A DNA stretch of 52,924 nt, from NCBI GenBank assembly GCA_018398765.1, contig JAHBMJ010000258.1:1-52924 (forward strand), in the 5' to 3' direction. Each line of letters begins with the position of its first letter. The stretch's first letter is position 1. The translations under genes were made by a program, and so were the position numbers. The DNA is from Chromera velia (Eukaryota). This document shows positions 49,938 through 52,924 of the stretch, piece after piece. The notes below the pieces were generated by a model. The model saw only the letters and a program-made list of their open reading frames with translations. It searched no databases and had not been told where the DNA came from.

Positions 49938-50390
49938 ATGAACGACAGTATGTATGCCACTTAATGCCACTCCATATCACCTGTAGTCTGAATAAAATTT
50001 CTTGCGCATGCAGGTCGGAATATGTCGATCGGAGTCGTCGGACTTGTGACTCTCTGCTTAAAATTTAAATGTAGTAGTGACAATAGCACCCAAACCTGGT
50101 CCCAAAGTAGCTCACTTTGATTAGAATTAGCATCGTGATATTAAAAAAATAATAATAAATATATATATTTTTTCCACGCTAGTTTTCAACTTTTTTTCAA
50201 GTTTTGTTTTTTTAAAAAAATCTTTGGTTAATTTCAAATTCAAAATTTGACCTATAGCTGGAACTTTGAACTGGACGTAAGAACACTAAAATGATCAAAA
50301 TCATATTTTAGCTAATCAGTGTAAGCTAGTGTATAAGTCGCAGTCCCTGATATTTTCAACTCTTGTGTGTGTGTGTGTGTGTGTATGTGT

Positions 50391-50483
<93 letters not shown>

Positions 50484-50991
50484 TGTGTGTTTGAACTTTT
50501 CCCTAGACTTTTTCTTCTTGATAGATTCCGGCCTACTAGTACTAGTAGCTAGCTTCATTTCTTGATCTATTCTCAATTTTATGGATACTTTTTACTAGCT
50601 AGATTATACTAGATTTTTAGAATAAAATCAATTAATCAACCAATCAATCAATATACTAGTAGTACTACGAAGACCGTCCAATGAAATTCCTTTGTAATGT
50701 ACTATACGCTATGTATGCATGATGGCAAACCACAACGGAATTCAGCAATATGCGGCAACATCGATCCCGTTTGAAGCCGGCTAGATCCAAACAAATGGCC
50801 TCATGCAACGTCGATCGAATGACATCGGGAGTCACCAGGCTGGTAAGAAGAGACAAAATTGAAGCAAGACGCATCAAACAGGATCCATAAGTTGAAACTA
50901 AGAGAAGCACAAGGTTGGGCTTAAGAGAGCCCTATGGCTTCTTCTTAGGCTCTCAACCCATTCACCTTCAGTGACCGAAGCAGAGACGATC

Positions 50992-51784
50992 CTAGGCGAC
51001 GCACAGTGGTAAAAAAAAAAAAAAAAAAGACCTTTCCAGATTTTTTTTCTTTTTCTTTTTTTCTACGAAGGATTTCCTAGAGCACCTCTAGGAGCACCTA
51101 GAGAAGCACCTTTTAGAAGTACTTTTAAACTAACTTCCTCGCGAACTTATTACTCAACTCAAAGTTTTAAACATCTTTCAACCCTAGTTTCAACCCTAGT
51201 TCTAGTCCTAGTTGTTATTGTACGTTTGTTTCTACTAGTGTCTCTACTATTGTCTTCACCATTCCATCATCGACTTTGTTGAACACGGACCAACCGATCT
51301 TTTTTCCCTTGTTCAACTGCACTGTGGTGGTTCTCTCAGACACATCTGACGTCCTTCTTGCTTCCCTCCTCTGAGGGATACCGGGTGATGGACTAGGTGA
51401 TGGACCATCTGAGTGTGAGAGACGCGGGCGAAAGGAAAAGGGGGCTCTCTTTTGTCCTATCCAAAGAGTGACAAGAAGGATGGATGCATGGATGCAGACA
51501 GAAGAGCAGACAGAGGAGAAGTTCTTTGACTGGCTCTTTGACGATATCTAGGACGATATACATTTCAAAACTCTAGTCGGAGCTAGTTTTGGTCAATCCT
51601 TTTAAGCGTCTACCAAGCTAAAAGTGAAACAGGGATCCTAGATATGATTCAAACTCTAGTTGAAGCTAGTCATTTAACCTTTATTTTTTTTTACATATAC
51701 AATAAAATTTTAAATAAATAAAAAAAAAAGAATAGACGTTTTCAGATTTTTTTTTTTTTTTTTTTACCACTGTGCGTCGCCTAG
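50992..51784. mobile_element. MITE-like TIR element, 793 bp, with 8-bp TSD
   Basis: Perfect TIR CTAGGCGACGCACAGTGGT followed by an A-run at both ends. TSD AGACGATC at 50984-50991 and 51785-51792. Confidence 0.88.
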
Positions 51785-52281
51785 AGACGATCAGTGACGC
51801 TCGATGCATGTGCGTGCATGAACCCCCTTTTGTACGTACACGAAGAACATCAACGCCACACCGATGCGGAGATCGGACAGACAGGAAATTCGATCTCAAC
51901 GAGAGCACAGCTTTGAAAGAAATTCATCGTCAACTCCTTCATTCACTTGCACTACACCCACTTTCATATGCGATCCGCCAGTCTATGAATTGCAACGGAG
52001 TCGGATGCCCATGCCTCTTGGTGTCACAGACAGAACGGGACAGAGAGATTAAATAGATACAAGGAAGACATGCGTACTTAAATGACACAATAAAAAACCA
52101 CCGTGAACGACAAAAGGCCACTTGTGTGTGCGTGTGTGTCACACCACAGCTAAACACTACAACAATGATACCTGCTCCCCCTTCTGTTTCCACGACTGCC
52201 TCCACCTGTCGACCCGTCTGTCTATCTCCTCAGTCAACCGAAAGATCTGCATGCAGGGAGCAGCAAGGCAAACAGATTAAN

Positions 52282-52445
52282 AGCTAAAAGTGAAACTAGG
52301 ATCCTAGATATGATTCAAACTCTAGTTGAAGCTAGTCATTTAACCTCTATTTTTTTTTACATATACAATAAAATTTTAAATAAATAAAAAAAAAAGAATA
52401 GACGTTTTCAGATTTTTCTTTTTTTTACCACTGTGCGTTGCCTAG
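52282..52445. mobile_element. Right end of a second copy of the 50992-51784 element, cut by the N at 52281
   Basis: Near-identical to 51616-51784 but with a different outer flank. Confidence 0.8.
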
Positions 52446-52706
52446 AAAAGATATTATATTATATATTTATATTATATCTCCAAAATTAAGAAAGTATAAT
52501 ATATATTGAAACCATGCCTAGTCCAAGATCTATAATACAGAAAGAGAAACTTCAGCCCAACCGCCTACGATACACCGGTTCCTTTGCAGCATCTTTATTT
52601 AGCGATGTCGAATTCTTTTGAACTCATCAATTCGAGCAATTCCTAAAATGTTCTCAAATTTGGTTCTGTCTGTATCTTACACGAGCAACGCAAACAAACC
52701 TGCCTC

Positions 52707-52924
52707 TAGTGACCATGTTTGATTTGATTTGATTTAATTTGAGGTAGTACTTAAGCTCAAATCAAATATCCAGTCAGGGAGGACCTAGTGTTTAAAGACC
52801 TATCAAATACGATCAAATATTTGATCAATATGACTTTCAACCTCAAATATGAAGGTCCCAAAAAAACTTTTGCAAGTACTGATCCGTCATGCATGCTGAT
52901 TCAAATGAAAAAACCTAAATCTTG
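52707..52924 (+). mobile_element. 5' end of a second copy of the probable hAT element (runs off the window end)
   Basis: Reverse complement of 700-907, starting TAGTGACCATG. Confidence 0.65.

Noticed and set aside
51002..51030. Transib/RAG RSS-type terminus (CACAGTG plus A-rich tract)
   Set aside because: The inverted repeat extends 10 bp beyond the heptamer and the TSD is 8 bp, not the 5 bp of Transib. The A-run is not a defined nonamer.

Overview
Eukaryotic genomic DNA: spliceosomal GT/GC-AG introns with TGCAG acceptors, and introns filled with microsatellites. The style suggests a chromerid alveolate such as Chromera velia (inference, not proven). Six genes can be reconstructed by hand: an FKBP-TPR immunophilin (-, 10 exons, one GC-AG intron) head-to-head with an intronless cyclophilin-like gene (+); a multi-KH-domain RNA-binding protein (-); PEX5 (+); and ATP12/ATPAF2 (-, 9 exons) head-to-head with a GNAT of the PAA1/AANAT type (+). 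There is also a possible small Cys-rich secreted protein gene. Mobile DNA includes a complete 3.46-kb LTR element at 1019-4474 (235-bp LTRs, 5-bp TSD, PBS, PPT). It has non-canonical CG...CG termini and carries a decayed cargo ORF instead of gag/pol. Also present are two inverted copies of a probable hAT 5' end (one beside a BED-finger-like remnant), two TIR elements (one with an 8-bp TSD), and a ~5-kb composite satellite block with 52-bp and 29-bp arrays. The repeat copies compared differ almost only by C/T and G/A transitions, many outside CpG, which points to a RIP-like or methylation-driven genome-defence process. No CRISPR array, rRNA or tRNA gene was recognised.
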